A stretch of DNA of 64,000 bases from Minisyncoccota bacterium (GTDB lineage Bacteria > Patescibacteriota > Minisyncoccia > Phycocordibacterales > UBA5272). The notes under the pieces are model-generated. The model was not told the origin of the DNA. It did not search any database and saw nothing but the letters and a program-made list of their open reading frames with translations. Numbering within the stretch: position 1 is the first letter of the stretch; the number at the start of each line of letters is the position of its first letter. The DNA lies in contig JAGORG010000001.1 in assembly GCA_018062965.1 (NCBI GenBank), forward strand, positions 7,488 to 71,487. Direction: 5' to 3'. This document shows positions 1 to 8,697 of this stretch, one piece after another. Made by a program: the position numbers and the translations under genes.

Positions 1-35
1 ATTCTGAATAATGAATTAAAATAGTTAGCCTCCTC

Positions 36-263
36 GTTTTTACATTGTATTATTTTGTACAAAATATGCGTTTCATCCCCTAACCATGACCTAACCGATC
101 TATATTTATCCGACAACCATCCGATAACCGAATTAAGTGTTTTGTCCATGAACCGACCATGAACCGATTTCTAAAAAATACGCATTTTGTCTGTGAACCG
201 TCTGCAAACCGAAAATTCATTTTTAAATGATACCCCACCCCGTTTTACATTGTATTATTTTGC
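36..263. repeat. AT-rich iteron-like array (at least 6 units of [G/T]AACCGA) bracketed by a 20-bp direct repeat TTTTACATTGTATTATTTTG (38-57 and 244-263); candidate replicon origin or recombinase-binding region of an integrated element
   Basis: Read directly: cctaaccgatc, ccgataaccgaatt, catgaaccgaccatgaaccgattt, ctgtgaaccgtctgcaaaccgaaaatt; exact 20-nt direct repeat at both edges. Confidence 0.45.
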
Positions 264-890
264 AAAAATAAAGTGTTTCTTTTCAATTGAAGATTTACAC
301 TTACTAGTAGCTTTCTCACACTTCTTTTTAGTGAACTCAACATCAACAGAATTTTCAGTGAGAGTACTTGGAATATAATTTGCTAGAGTTTCCTCGGTTT
401 CCTTTTCATCTCCATAAAAACCTAACTTTGAAGTATAAGTAAGTAGCACTTTATTTGTAGTGTGAAAATACTGGTTTACTCTATACCAACTATCAACTTC
501 CTTAATATACCCAGTTCCACTTTCTTCGATAGTGGTAACAACAAGGTAATCCTTAGTAGGTCCTTTTATAACCCTGTAAATTGGTGGACCAATGTTTGGA
601 TTCTGAATTAACAAAGAATCAATAACTGCATCATTTAAGGTAAAAACAAATAATACACCCAAGCTGTTAGAAACATCTGAAGTGAAGATTTTTACACTTG
701 AATTTGTCTCACTTAATCTTGCAGTATCAAAGTAAGTAAGTATAGGCGGTTTATTCTGCAAATTCTCCGTTTTACGCTGTGTTGATGTAAAGAAAGGATG
801 TTTAGCTGTGATGTCGCTAATAACTAGCAGTAAAAATGCAAAAATAACAGCCGCCATTATTACTTTTCTTGTAGGTAAGATTTTCTTCAT
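255..890 (-). CDS. hypothetical secreted/membrane-anchored protein (N-terminal signal/TM MKKILPTRKVIMAAVIFAFLLLVIS)
   Basis: 211-aa ORF, hydrophobic N-terminus. Confidence 0.5.
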   Translation of the reverse strand: MKKILPTRKVIMAAVIFAFLLLVISDITAKHPFFTSTQRKTENLQNKPPILTYFDTARLSETNSSVKIFTSDVSNSLGVLFVFTLNDAVIDSLLIQNPNIGPPIYRVIKGPTKDYLVVTTIEESGTGYIKEVDSWYRVNQYFHTTNKVLLTYTSKLGFYGDEKETEETLANYIPSTLTENSVDVEFTKKKCEKATSKCKSSIEKKHFIFAK

Positions 891-952
891 TTATTTAACT
901 ATACCCTATTGCAATACTCTTAAAAAGGAGTAGATTTGAATCACAAGGATCC

Positions 953-1732
953 ATGGCAAAAAAAGAAATATCCGACATTAAAGACTATGAATACTTTGTT
1001 GGTAAAAAGTCTAAAGCAAATACTAAAATGGTTGCTTATTTAGATGAATTACTAAGAAATAAATTCTTCAAAAAGAAACTGAAGCTACTTAAAAAAGAGC
1101 GTGTTAAAGATGATAAGTTATTTTCTGATAAATTAGATAAGGCAAATTCAATTTCAGATAGGTTTGAAAAGCTGAAAAGAGAAGCTCTAACAAACTCAAA
1201 TAGTAAATATTCTTCGTTACTAGAGAGCTTGATCAGTGAGTATGGTATAAGCTCTGGTGCTATAGAACTAGCGACAGCAATGATGGATGAAGATTATGAC
1301 TTTGTTCAACGTCAGATGCACGATGTTCATTTATGCTCAATAAATGACGACTACCAAATATATGTATCACCACTAAACCCTGCAGAGGACTTTATCGCAC
1401 ACAATTTAAGACAAAAAAGGAACATCCTTGCTTACCCCATAAGCATTGGAATAAGCCCTAAAGCGACCAAAGTAGATGTTACCGACTTTATCGAAAAAAA
1501 CTGGTGGTGGATTCAGAACGGACTTAATGATTTTGGACTTAAACCTCTACGCATAAGAAAGCGTAAAAATAATAAAGAGGTTATAAATTTTATATGGGAA
1601 AAGAGAAATCTGAGTCTTAAAAAAATAAAAGAGTTGTTGGATACAGAACACCCGAAAAATAAACTTATTTATAACGAGATTCAAGACATTATTACATATG
1701 AAAAAGGTAAGAGATTAAAGAAATTAACTTAG
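953..1732 (+). CDS. hypothetical lysine-rich protein
   Basis: 259-aa ORF, no recognisable motif. Confidence 0.45.
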   Translation: MAKKEISDIKDYEYFVGKKSKANTKMVAYLDELLRNKFFKKKLKLLKKERVKDDKLFSDKLDKANSISDRFEKLKREALTNSNSKYSSLLESLISEYGISSGAIELATAMMDEDYDFVQRQMHDVHLCSINDDYQIYVSPLNPAEDFIAHNLRQKRNILAYPISIGISPKATKVDVTDFIEKNWWWIQNGLNDFGLKPLRIRKRKNNKEVINFIWEKRNLSLKKIKELLDTEHPKNKLIYNEIQDIITYEKGKRLKKLT

Positions 1733-1802
1733 GTAGTTAATTTCTTATCTATTGTTTTGCACAAAGTTTAATCTTGAAGTAATCCTTCGGGATTACTCAT
1801 AA

Positions 1803-2069
1803 ATGCAACAAAATTCTTTTCTATTGTTTCCAAAAAGACACTTCGAAACACAAGACCTCGCAACTGCGTGTGTGCTTATGTATAGAGGTTTCAAACTTCT
1901 TACGACACCTAAGGATCCAATAGCTCCTTCGGTTATTCATTACGTGTTCATCAAAAAGGATGGCATCGAGGACGCTTGTATCTTCAACAAGCAAGAGTTC
2001 ACAAATACAACACTTGAAAGTCTGAGAGGGATAGCAAAGGAATTAGTTGTAAGAGTTAAGAAAAATTAA
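1803..2069 (+). CDS. hypothetical protein
   Basis: 88-aa ORF. Confidence 0.35.
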   Translation: MQQNSFLLFPKRHFETQDLATACVLMYRGFKLLTTPKDPIAPSVIHYVFIKKDGIEDACIFNKQEFTNTTLESLRGIAKELVVRVKKN

Positions 2070-2073
2070 GGCG

Positions 2074-2247
2074 ATGAAATTAACGAGTAAGCACATCGCA
2101 GATTTTCAACAGCTTTATCTTGAGGAATATGGGATCACCCTTTCTGAAGATGAAGCTCTTGAAAGAAGCACAAAACTAATCGAGCTTATTCGAATAATTC
2201 ACAAGCCCATTACTAAAGAAGACTATAAAAAATTTAAAAACCACTAA
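2074..2247 (+). CDS. small hypothetical protein (57 aa; MKLTSKHIADFQQLYLEEYGITLSEDEALERSTK...)
   Basis: ORF below the track's length cut-off, found by reading; fills the gap between neighbours in the same orientation. Confidence 0.3.
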   Translation: MKLTSKHIADFQQLYLEEYGITLSEDEALERSTKLIELIRIIHKPITKEDYKKFKNH

Positions 2248-2251
2248 GCCT

Positions 2252-3553
2252 ATGCAAGACAAATATTTACCAATGGGAGTTGATGAGCTAGCAGATATTT
2301 TATCTCTGACCATTAAGCAAGATAAAGAAAATAAGGTTGCCACATTTCTTTGTCAGTTATCAGCGTTTACAGAAGACTCACAATTTAATGTCATATTAAA
2401 TGCCCCCTCTTCTTCTGGTAAGACATACATACCACTTGAAATTTCATATCTCTTTCCAAAGGAGGATCTGATTGTTATTGGGAATATTTCAGCTTCTGCT
2501 TTTTTCCATGAACAAGGAGTACTCAACAAGGAGACAAACACAATTACTATTGATTATGCTCGCAAAATTCTCGTACTCCTTGATATGCCTCACACAGGAG
2601 TTTTGGAAAAAATACGACCCCTTCTTTCACATGATGAAAAAGAGATGGTATCAAAAATTACTGACAGAGATCAGAAAGGAGGACATAGAACGAAGACAGT
2701 TATTCTTAAGGGGTATCCTGCTGTTATTTTTTGTTCTGCAGGATTCAAGATGGACGAGCAAGAACTTACACGCTTCCTTGTCCTCAGCCCTGAATCAACA
2801 CAAGAAAAATTATCTGAGGGTATCAACCAAGCAATTTACAAGGAAGTTAATCCTGAGGAATACAGGAGATTCATACAGTCGGATGAAAGAAGAGCACTGC
2901 TAAAGGAAAGAATTCTTGATATAAAAAATGCACATGTATGTGATATTAGAATTTCGAATGAGCAACTAATTAGGGATCGTTTCTTTACCAATAAAAATGG
3001 TCTCAAGTCTCGCCACCAAAGAGATATAAAAAGGTTCATGTCTCTTATTAAAACAATTGCACTTCTTAACTACTGGTGGAGGAATCCAGTTAATAACGAA
3101 ATTACTGCTAACGAAAGTGATGTCGAGGAAGCGTTTAAAATTTGGGAGAAAATATCAATCTCACAGGAGATGAATCTTTCTCCTTATGTTTACTCTATCT
3201 ATCAAACTATTTTTATTCCTCTCTGGAAAGAAAAACGTATTGCTAATAAAAAGTTAAACCTACTAGCAAGTAACGACTGTGGCATATCAAGGCTTGAAGT
3301 AGCCCAAAAATATTATGACGTTTTTCAGGTGTTTTTGGATAGCCACAAGCTTCGACTCGACATACTTCATAGCCTTGAAACTGCAGGTCTTATAACGCAA
3401 GAATTCGACCCTAACGACAGGAGAAACAAGCTTCTTTACCCAACGATTGATATCGAAGAATACAATGTAAACGAAGGTGGGGTAGTTGATCATGCACAGC
3501 TTCAAGTTCACGCCCTAAAAATAACAGGAGACACTACAGAAGCCAGACCTTAA
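2252..3553 (+). CDS. P-loop NTPase, putative replication/primase-helicase-type protein of the integrated element
   Basis: Walker A-like APSSSGKTY near N-terminus; sits between iteron-like region and integrase. Confidence 0.4.
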   Translation: MQDKYLPMGVDELADILSLTIKQDKENKVATFLCQLSAFTEDSQFNVILNAPSSSGKTYIPLEISYLFPKEDLIVIGNISASAFFHEQGVLNKETNTITIDYARKILVLLDMPHTGVLEKIRPLLSHDEKEMVSKITDRDQKGGHRTKTVILKGYPAVIFCSAGFKMDEQELTRFLVLSPESTQEKLSEGINQAIYKEVNPEEYRRFIQSDERRALLKERILDIKNAHVCDIRISNEQLIRDRFFTNKNGLKSRHQRDIKRFMSLIKTIALLNYWWRNPVNNEITANESDVEEAFKIWEKISISQEMNLSPYVYSIYQTIFIPLWKEKRIANKKLNLLASNDCGISRLEVAQKYYDVFQVFLDSHKLRLDILHSLETAGLITQEFDPNDRRNKLLYPTIDIEEYNVNEGGVVDHAQLQVHALKITGDTTEARP

Positions 3554-3656
3554 TAATTAAAATGACATTTGTCACCAAAGAAGGGGTAACAGTTTCTTGC
3601 GGTCTGGCGATTGCAAGTGTCGTGCTGTTACTCCTTTTTTGGTGCAGTGAATATAT

Positions 3657-5282
3657 ATGAAAAAAAATAATGAGCAGATAAAGTATTTTCTTTACGCAAG
3701 AAAATCTTCGGAGAGTGAGGATAGGCAAATACAGTCTATCGATGATCAGATAAACAAACTAAAAGAACTCGCAAAAAAGCAGGACATTAAAATTGTGAAA
3801 ACGTACGAGGAATCTAAATCTGCAAAGATGCCATACAATCGTCCTATATTTACTGAGATGCTTGAGAGGATTGAGAAAGGAGAAGCACAAGGAATCCTGT
3901 GTTGGCAGATCAATAGACTCACGCGTAATCCAGTAGATGGGGGCAAAATTTCTTGGTTATTACAAAAGGGAGTTCTTAAATCTATTCAAACAATGGAAAA
4001 GGAATATCTACCAGAAGACAATACTCTACTTCTTAGCGTAGAAACTGGTATGGCGAATCAGTTCATTATCGACCTTCGAAAAAATGTTAAGCGTGGCATG
4101 AATGGAAAAGTAGATCGTGGAGATTATCCAACTAAGCCCCCTCTTGGTTATAAGAATGATAAAGAAGAAAAGAAAATAATTGTTGATGAAAAAGTTTTTC
4201 CTTTAGTAAGAAAGATGTGGGACCTCATGCTAACTGGTAATTACGCACCTTCTAAGATTCTTACTATCGCTAACAACGAATGGGGATTTCGAACACCTAG
4301 AACAAAGCGTGGCGGGGACAGACCGATAGCAATGTCTACTATATACAGAATGTTTAATAACATTTTTTATACGGGATCCTTTGCTTGGAACAAGGAAACA
4401 AGAACGGGTAACCATAAACCAATGATTACTATTGATGAATATGACAGAGTTCAATTTCTCCTTGGAAAGAAAGGTAAGCCACGATTCGCTAAACATAATC
4501 ACCCTTACACTGGAATAATTAAATGTGAAGAATGCGGATGTTTACACACTGCGTCTACTAAGTTTAAACAAATTAAATGCACCGGCGAAATAAAGTCTTT
4601 CACTTACTACTACTGCACACGAAGAACAAAAAGAGTTGAATGCTCTCAAAAGAAAGTGCTGACTATTGGAGAACTTGAACAGCAGATAGATGAAGAACTT
4701 CAGAAATGCACTATTGCACCGAAGTTTTTTCAGTGGGCTATGGAGCGACTTAGTGAAGCTAACGAACTTGAAGTTACTGACCGCGTAAAGATATATGAAT
4801 CTCAACAATCCTCTTACACTAAACTACAAGCAGAATTAGACAACCTTGCGAAGATGCTCTACAAGGAACTTATAAGTGAAGATGACTTTACAAGAATGAG
4901 AGATGACCTTAGAACCAAACTCGCTACACTAAAATTGTCTATGCAAAGTACTGAGGACCGAGCAGCTAAGTGGCTAGATGCAAGTAAAGAGGTTTTTGAT
5001 TTCGTAACATTCTCACGAGCACGACTACATAACCCAGAAACAACTTCTGAGGATAAAAGAAAGATACTCACCTCTTTAGGTTGGAACTTTACAATGTTGA
5101 ACCAAAAGCTCAACATTTCCAAGTACGAACACATTTTAACGATAGAAAACAAGTATCCTCCACTAGAATCAAGATTGACTAGGTTGGAACTGAATAAAAC
5201 ACTTACTACTACAGGTCGAAACATTGAACTCGACGCTATTCGTAGCGATTGGTGTGCCTATCGAGATTCGAACTCGAACTGA
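3657..5282 (+). CDS. large serine recombinase (integrase) paralog 1
   Basis: N-terminal resolvase domain (YARKSSESEDRQIQSIDDQ ... ILCWQINRLTRNP); recombinase domain; Cys-rich zinc ribbon (CEECGCLH...YYCTRR); last 33 nt overlap tRNA-His 3' end on the opposite strand. Confidence 0.85.
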   Translation: MKKNNEQIKYFLYARKSSESEDRQIQSIDDQINKLKELAKKQDIKIVKTYEESKSAKMPYNRPIFTEMLERIEKGEAQGILCWQINRLTRNPVDGGKISWLLQKGVLKSIQTMEKEYLPEDNTLLLSVETGMANQFIIDLRKNVKRGMNGKVDRGDYPTKPPLGYKNDKEEKKIIVDEKVFPLVRKMWDLMLTGNYAPSKILTIANNEWGFRTPRTKRGGDRPIAMSTIYRMFNNIFYTGSFAWNKETRTGNHKPMITIDEYDRVQFLLGKKGKPRFAKHNHPYTGIIKCEECGCLHTASTKFKQIKCTGEIKSFTYYYCTRRTKRVECSQKKVLTIGELEQQIDEELQKCTIAPKFFQWAMERLSEANELEVTDRVKIYESQQSSYTKLQAELDNLAKMLYKELISEDDFTRMRDDLRTKLATLKLSMQSTEDRAAKWLDASKEVFDFVTFSRARLHNPETTSEDKRKILTSLGWNFTMLNQKLNISKYEHILTIENKYPPLESRLTRLELNKTLTTTGRNIELDAIRSDWCAYRDSNSN

Positions 5283-5325
5283 GGGCTCCACAAGCCCGCG
5301 TGCTAACCATTACACTATAGGCACC
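5250..5325 (-). tRNA. tRNA-His (anticodon GTG) with encoded G-1 and CCA; discriminator read as A73
   Basis: Manual cloverleaf: G(-1)+GTGCCTA/TAGGCAC acceptor, D GTGT/GCAC, anticodon stem CGGGC/GCCCT loop TTGTGGA, T-arm TCGAG TTCGAAT CTCGA, ACCA. Confidence 0.8.
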
Positions 5326-5490
5326 ATCTGCATAATTCCTTGCGGAATCAGGGTTTTACTCTAACACAGAATTCACTTTTTTTGAAGGGTGCACTGATTT
5401 TCCGAAAGTGGTAGGATTATATTCTCATTGCTCTTTTAAAGATACAGAAACGATATAAGGAGCAGTCTAATTAACCCAAAGGAGAACACC

Positions 5491-6129
5491 GTGGTAAAGA
5501 CCATTGTTGTAGCACTACTGATAGCAGCAGCTGCCTTGGCGTCCAAAAGCACCGAAGCAGAAACGGTTGACTCCATGGAAATCTATCCAGGAGTAAGCCA
5601 AGCAGTCGCCCAAACGGTTGCAGAAACGTACCGACCCAACCTCACATGGCAAGGAGTTGAACCGCTCCCTGAAAAGGAAATACTACCGCCGGACGATGAG
5701 GTTGATACACGTATCACCTTTTACGGTGGTGGTGTGAGTGATCACCGTAGGTCAAGCACAAAGAACGAATCGTACAAACAAAAAAACGGCATGCTCGGAA
5801 TCGGTCTGAGCACTGCAGAAAGTTGGTACGGGATCCGCCCTATTGCGCAGTGGGTTCATGTCTTTGACAACAGCCGTAAAGGCAGCACTGACATGAAAGG
5901 TGTTGGACTTGAGTTGTGTTATGAGTTTGTGCTTGAGATGTGTTACTCACGCATAAAAGCATACGCAAAAATAACCGACAATAAAGGCAACTCCATCTCC
6001 CAATGGGTACCGAAACCTGTACCCACCCTATCGCTTGGCAAGGGGCCGTTCCTAGTTGCTGTAACTGGGATAGACAACAAGACATCATTTGTGTTCTTGG
6101 GATATCGCAAGGAATTTAACTTGTTCTGA
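5491..6129 (+). CDS. secreted hypothetical protein (signal peptide MVKTIVVALLIAAAALAS); GTG start after RBS aaaggagaa; GC-rich relative to neighbours
   Basis: 212-aa ORF, about 48% GC, followed by strong terminator. Confidence 0.55.
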   Translation: MVKTIVVALLIAAAALASKSTEAETVDSMEIYPGVSQAVAQTVAETYRPNLTWQGVEPLPEKEILPPDDEVDTRITFYGGGVSDHRRSSTKNESYKQKNGMLGIGLSTAESWYGIRPIAQWVHVFDNSRKGSTDMKGVGLELCYEFVLEMCYSRIKAYAKITDNKGNSISQWVPKPVPTLSLGKGPFLVAVTGIDNKTSFVFLGYRKEFNLF

Positions 6130-6134
6130 ATCGA

Positions 6135-6170
6135 GGGCGCGTCCGTACGGACGCGCCCTTTTTATTTTTA
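6135..6170 (+). terminator. rho-independent terminator GGGCGCGTCCG-tac-GGACGCGCCC + T-run
   Basis: perfect GC hairpin then TTTTTATTTTT. Confidence 0.8.
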
Positions 6171-6220
6171 TGTATTCTGTGGTAGTATTTCATTACTTCA
6201 AGCAACTTGGTTGCGAAGAT

Positions 6221-6279
6221 GCCCAGGTGGCGAAACTGGTAAAAGAAAATTTGCGCACTCCGTGCGTCTACCAGTTTCG
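6221..6279 (+). repeat. partial duplication of tRNA-Leu: direct copy of its first 21 nt (6221-6241) plus inverted copy of its D-arm (6262-6279) forming an 11-bp hairpin
   Basis: gcccaggtggcgaaactggta identical to 6323-6343; gtgcgtctaccagtttcg is reverse complement of cgaaactggtagacgcac. Confidence 0.7.
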
Positions 6280-6322
6280 TTTACTGTAAGCAAGTTAAAG
6301 GTTCTAGTTACACAACATATAT

Positions 6323-6406
6323 GCCCAGGTGGCGAAACTGGTAGACGCACTACCTTGAGGTGGTAGCGCTGGCAACGGCATGGAGGTTCAAGTCCTCTCC
6401 TGGGCA
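6323..6406 (+). tRNA. tRNA-Leu (anticodon GAG), class II with long variable arm
   Basis: Acceptor GCCCAGG/TCTGGGC? read as GCCCAGG...CCTGGGC-A, D GCG/CGC, anticodon stem CTACC/GGTAG loop TTGAGGT, T-arm GAGG TTCAAGT CCTC. Confidence 0.8.
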
Positions 6407-6410
6407 CATT

Positions 6411-6449
6411 AATACAAAAGACAGACTTTCACAGTCTGTCTTTTGTATT
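6411..6449 (+). terminator. terminator hairpin AATACAAAAGACAGAC-tttca-GTCTGTCTTTTGTATT
   Basis: near-perfect palindrome directly after tRNA-Leu. Confidence 0.7.
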
Positions 6450-6680
6450 AACTGTGTCTCTACAGAAGTACATGACCTGCGTCATGTACGATAGGACTTG
6501 AATGGGCCGTCTACAGGTGTCGACTCTTAAACAGTCGACTTCGCGAAACTACTTCGAACAAAGTGAGGTAGTTTTGTGACCAAGTCCTTTTCTCAACAAA
6601 CCACGAGCGGCGGCCGGCGAACTTTTTGAGTGGCGACGAGAAAAGATTTGTCGGAAAGACTCCTCTCCTTAACACATAAT

Positions 6681-6706
6681 AAAACCGCATCAATCGATGC
6701 GGTTTT
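6681..6706 (-). terminator. terminator hairpin AAAACCGCATCaatcGATGCGGTTTT downstream of rplS
   Basis: palindrome + T-run on minus strand just after rplS stop. Confidence 0.7.
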
Positions 6707-6710
6707 ATTA

Positions 6711-7139
6711 TTATGCTGTTACTTCTTCTGGAGTTTCTACTTCTGCAGCTTCTACTGTTGTAACACCGTCTTTCTTGATCACACGAACGTCTTTCTTCAA
6801 CTTTCGACGAACATCACGGAGAGCCTTGTCACGAACGTAGTAAAGCTTGCTACGACGTGTACGTGAGCGACGAACGATTTCGATCTTGTCAATCATAACG
6901 CCAAAAAGTGGAAATACTCGTTCAACACCAACACCTGAGGTAACACGACGAACTGTAAATGTAGCACCTGTTTCTGTGCCGTGCTTGCGAGCAAGAACCA
7001 TACCTTCAAAAGCCTGAAGACGAGTCTTTCCATCAGCTTCTTTGATCTTGTTCCATACACGAACAACATCTCCAGAAGAGAAATCAAGGGCTTTTCGGGC
7101 TTCCATATCAACAGGTGTAAGTTTGATAGTTGTTTTCAT
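6711..7139 (-). CDS. rplS: 50S ribosomal protein L19
   Basis: MKTTIKLTPVDMEARKALDFSSGDVVRVW...GVERVFPLFGVMIDKIEIVRRSRTRRSKLYYVRD, typical L19. Confidence 0.9.
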   Translation of the reverse strand: MKTTIKLTPVDMEARKALDFSSGDVVRVWNKIKEADGKTRLQAFEGMVLARKHGTETGATFTVRRVTSGVGVERVFPLFGVMIDKIEIVRRSRTRRSKLYYVRDKALRDVRRKLKKDVRVIKKDGVTTVEAAEVETPEEVTA

Positions 7140-7206
7140 AAAAAGTTTCTATAAATACCGTAAGGCGGTGCTGTTTTCTTAGTCAACGCATGATATCACA
7201 GAAACG

Positions 7207-7932
7207 CTATATAAGCAAGAGGTTTTTCAGCACCTCTTTCATGTCTTCTGGAATATCAGCGGTGACCGTTGTTGCGGTTTTCCCCTCATCATCCCCTGGA
7301 ATATCAAGCGTTATAGAATACGCATGGAGCATAGATCGAGAAGCTGCGTCCTTACCCATTTTTGAGCCATACAAGTCATCTCCAATAATTGGGTGACGTA
7401 TCCCTCTAAAATGAGCTCTAATTTGATGTGTACGTCCAGTGAGCGGGTAACACTCTACATATGTATATTGTTTTCCGTCTGGTGCAGTACTGCGAGCGAG
7501 CACCTTGTACCTAGTAATAGCTTCTCGCTCTTCTCCGCGAGTGTCCCCAGAAAACATATCCACTACGGTACGTTTTCGAAAGTCTGATTTTGCACGCGCA
7601 ATTGGGAGTGCTATCATTCCTGTTTCATTTCTAATGTTTCCTTCAACGATTGCTCGGTATACCTTACGCGCTGTGTGATCCTTGAACTGCTTTTTAAACG
7701 TTGTATAGGCAATGGCGTCTTTCGCAAGAACAAGCACGCCTGTTGTGTTGCGATCTAGGCGGTGAACAACCCCCTCTCTCCCTGGGTCGCCTATACCATC
7801 TACCTTGTATGCAGTTCGCATCCAATCAGCAATAGTTTCTTCGTCCTGACGTTCATCAGGGTGCACCATAATACCTGCGGGCTTATCAATGATGACGCAG
7901 TGGTTATTTTCAAAAAGAATAGGGAATTTCAT
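7207..7932 (-). CDS. RluA-family pseudouridine synthase
   Basis: HRLDRNTTGVLVLAKD catalytic motif. Confidence 0.8.
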   Translation of the reverse strand: MKFPILFENNHCVIIDKPAGIMVHPDERQDEETIADWMRTAYKVDGIGDPGREGVVHRLDRNTTGVLVLAKDAIAYTTFKKQFKDHTARKVYRAIVEGNIRNETGMIALPIARAKSDFRKRTVVDMFSGDTRGEEREAITRYKVLARSTAPDGKQYTYVECYPLTGRTHQIRAHFRGIRHPIIGDDLYGSKMGKDAASRSMLHAYSITLDIPGDDEGKTATTVTADIPEDMKEVLKNLLLI

Positions 7933-7949
7933 TATGTATGTATCCTAAC

Positions 7950-7979
7950 AAAAAGAACTCGCATCCGCGAGTTCTTTTT
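7950..7979 (-). terminator. terminator hairpin AAAAAGAACTCGCatcCGCGAGTTCTTTTT after tRNA-Val
   Basis: palindrome flanked by A/T runs. Confidence 0.7.
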
Positions 7980-7989
7980 GTGGTTACTG

Positions 7990-8062
7990 TGGGCAATAGA
8001 GGATTCGAACCTCTGACCTTCGCTGTGTAAAAGCGCTGCTCTACCAACTGAGCTAATCGCCC
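7990..8062 (-). tRNA. tRNA-Val (anticodon TAC)
   Basis: GGGCGAT/ATTGCCC acceptor, D GCTC AGTTGGTA GAGC, loop TTTACAC, T-arm AGAGG TTCGAAT CCTCT. Confidence 0.85.
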
Positions 8063-8131
8063 GATATTTCTCTGCAAGTACATAAATACTACATCATTTT
8101 GTATTTTTTTGCTAGTATGTAGCAATCCATC

Positions 8132-8203
8132 GCCCTGGTAGTTCAATGGACAGAACAGCGGACTTCTAAGCCGTTAATAGTGGTTCGATTCCACTCCGGG
8201 GCA
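8132..8203 (+). tRNA. tRNA-Arg (anticodon TCT), CCA encoded to 8206
   Basis: GCCCTGG/CCGGGGC acceptor, loop CTTCTAA, T-arm AGTGG TTCGATT CCACT. Confidence 0.8.
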
Positions 8204-8262
8204 CCAAAAAAATCCCTACTCAACATTTTGCAATGCTCGTCAGGGATTTTAACAAAAGACAT

Positions 8263-8553
8263 TCAATGCATGAGGAGCGGATTCTGCGCCAGCTCCGCGT
8301 AGCCACCCATAACTGACTCCACTTCTTCCTGGCTGGGAGTTTTCAGTTGCCAGGCGTTAATCTGACGTTGGAACATTTCAGCCCACGAACCGTCCAGATA
8401 CACCTCTTTGTTGGTGCGCTTGTCCACAATCTCAAAACCATGACGCGCCAGAGCGGGTGGAGGCTCTCCAGGTTCTGGCTCGTTGGCCTGCATATGGACC
8501 ACAATAAACGACTCGGAATCATACAACATCTGCATAGAAATATCCTTTCTCAA
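8263..8553 (-). CDS. hypothetical 96-aa protein in a roughly 50% GC insert next to tRNA-Arg
   Basis: ORF with G/C-ending codon bias unlike surrounding genes. Confidence 0.5.
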   Translation of the reverse strand: MRKDISMQMLYDSESFIVVHMQANEPEPGEPPPALARHGFEIVDKRTNKEVYLDGSWAEMFQRQINAWQLKTPSQEEVESVMGGYAELAQNPLLMH

Positions 8554-8697
8554 CAGAGTTTAAATATAAGGAACAAAGCCCTCACTACACTCTCTAGTGT
8601 ACACCTGTTAATAACCACCCACCAAACACTTTCCTTAGTAGTGATATTCTATATATCAAGAGTCCTGTCAAACAACCACTGTAAACGGAGAACTGTT

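Larger units (their letters stand above)
1..5325. mobile_element. putative integrated plasmid/phage-like element at tRNA-His (iterons, rep-like NTPase, serine integrase); left boundary not in window
   Basis: gene content and integrase/tRNA overlap. Confidence 0.4.

Noticed and set aside
2472-2903. 143-aa alternative-frame ORF inside the rep-like NTPase gene
   Set aside because: It overlaps a longer ORF in another frame that contains the Walker A motif.
6450-6680. RNase P RNA / SRP RNA assignment
   Set aside because: Conserved P4 (AGGAAAGTCCGGGC) and SRP domain IV (GGAAG...AGCAGCC) motifs are not present. The region is kept only as an unassigned structured region.
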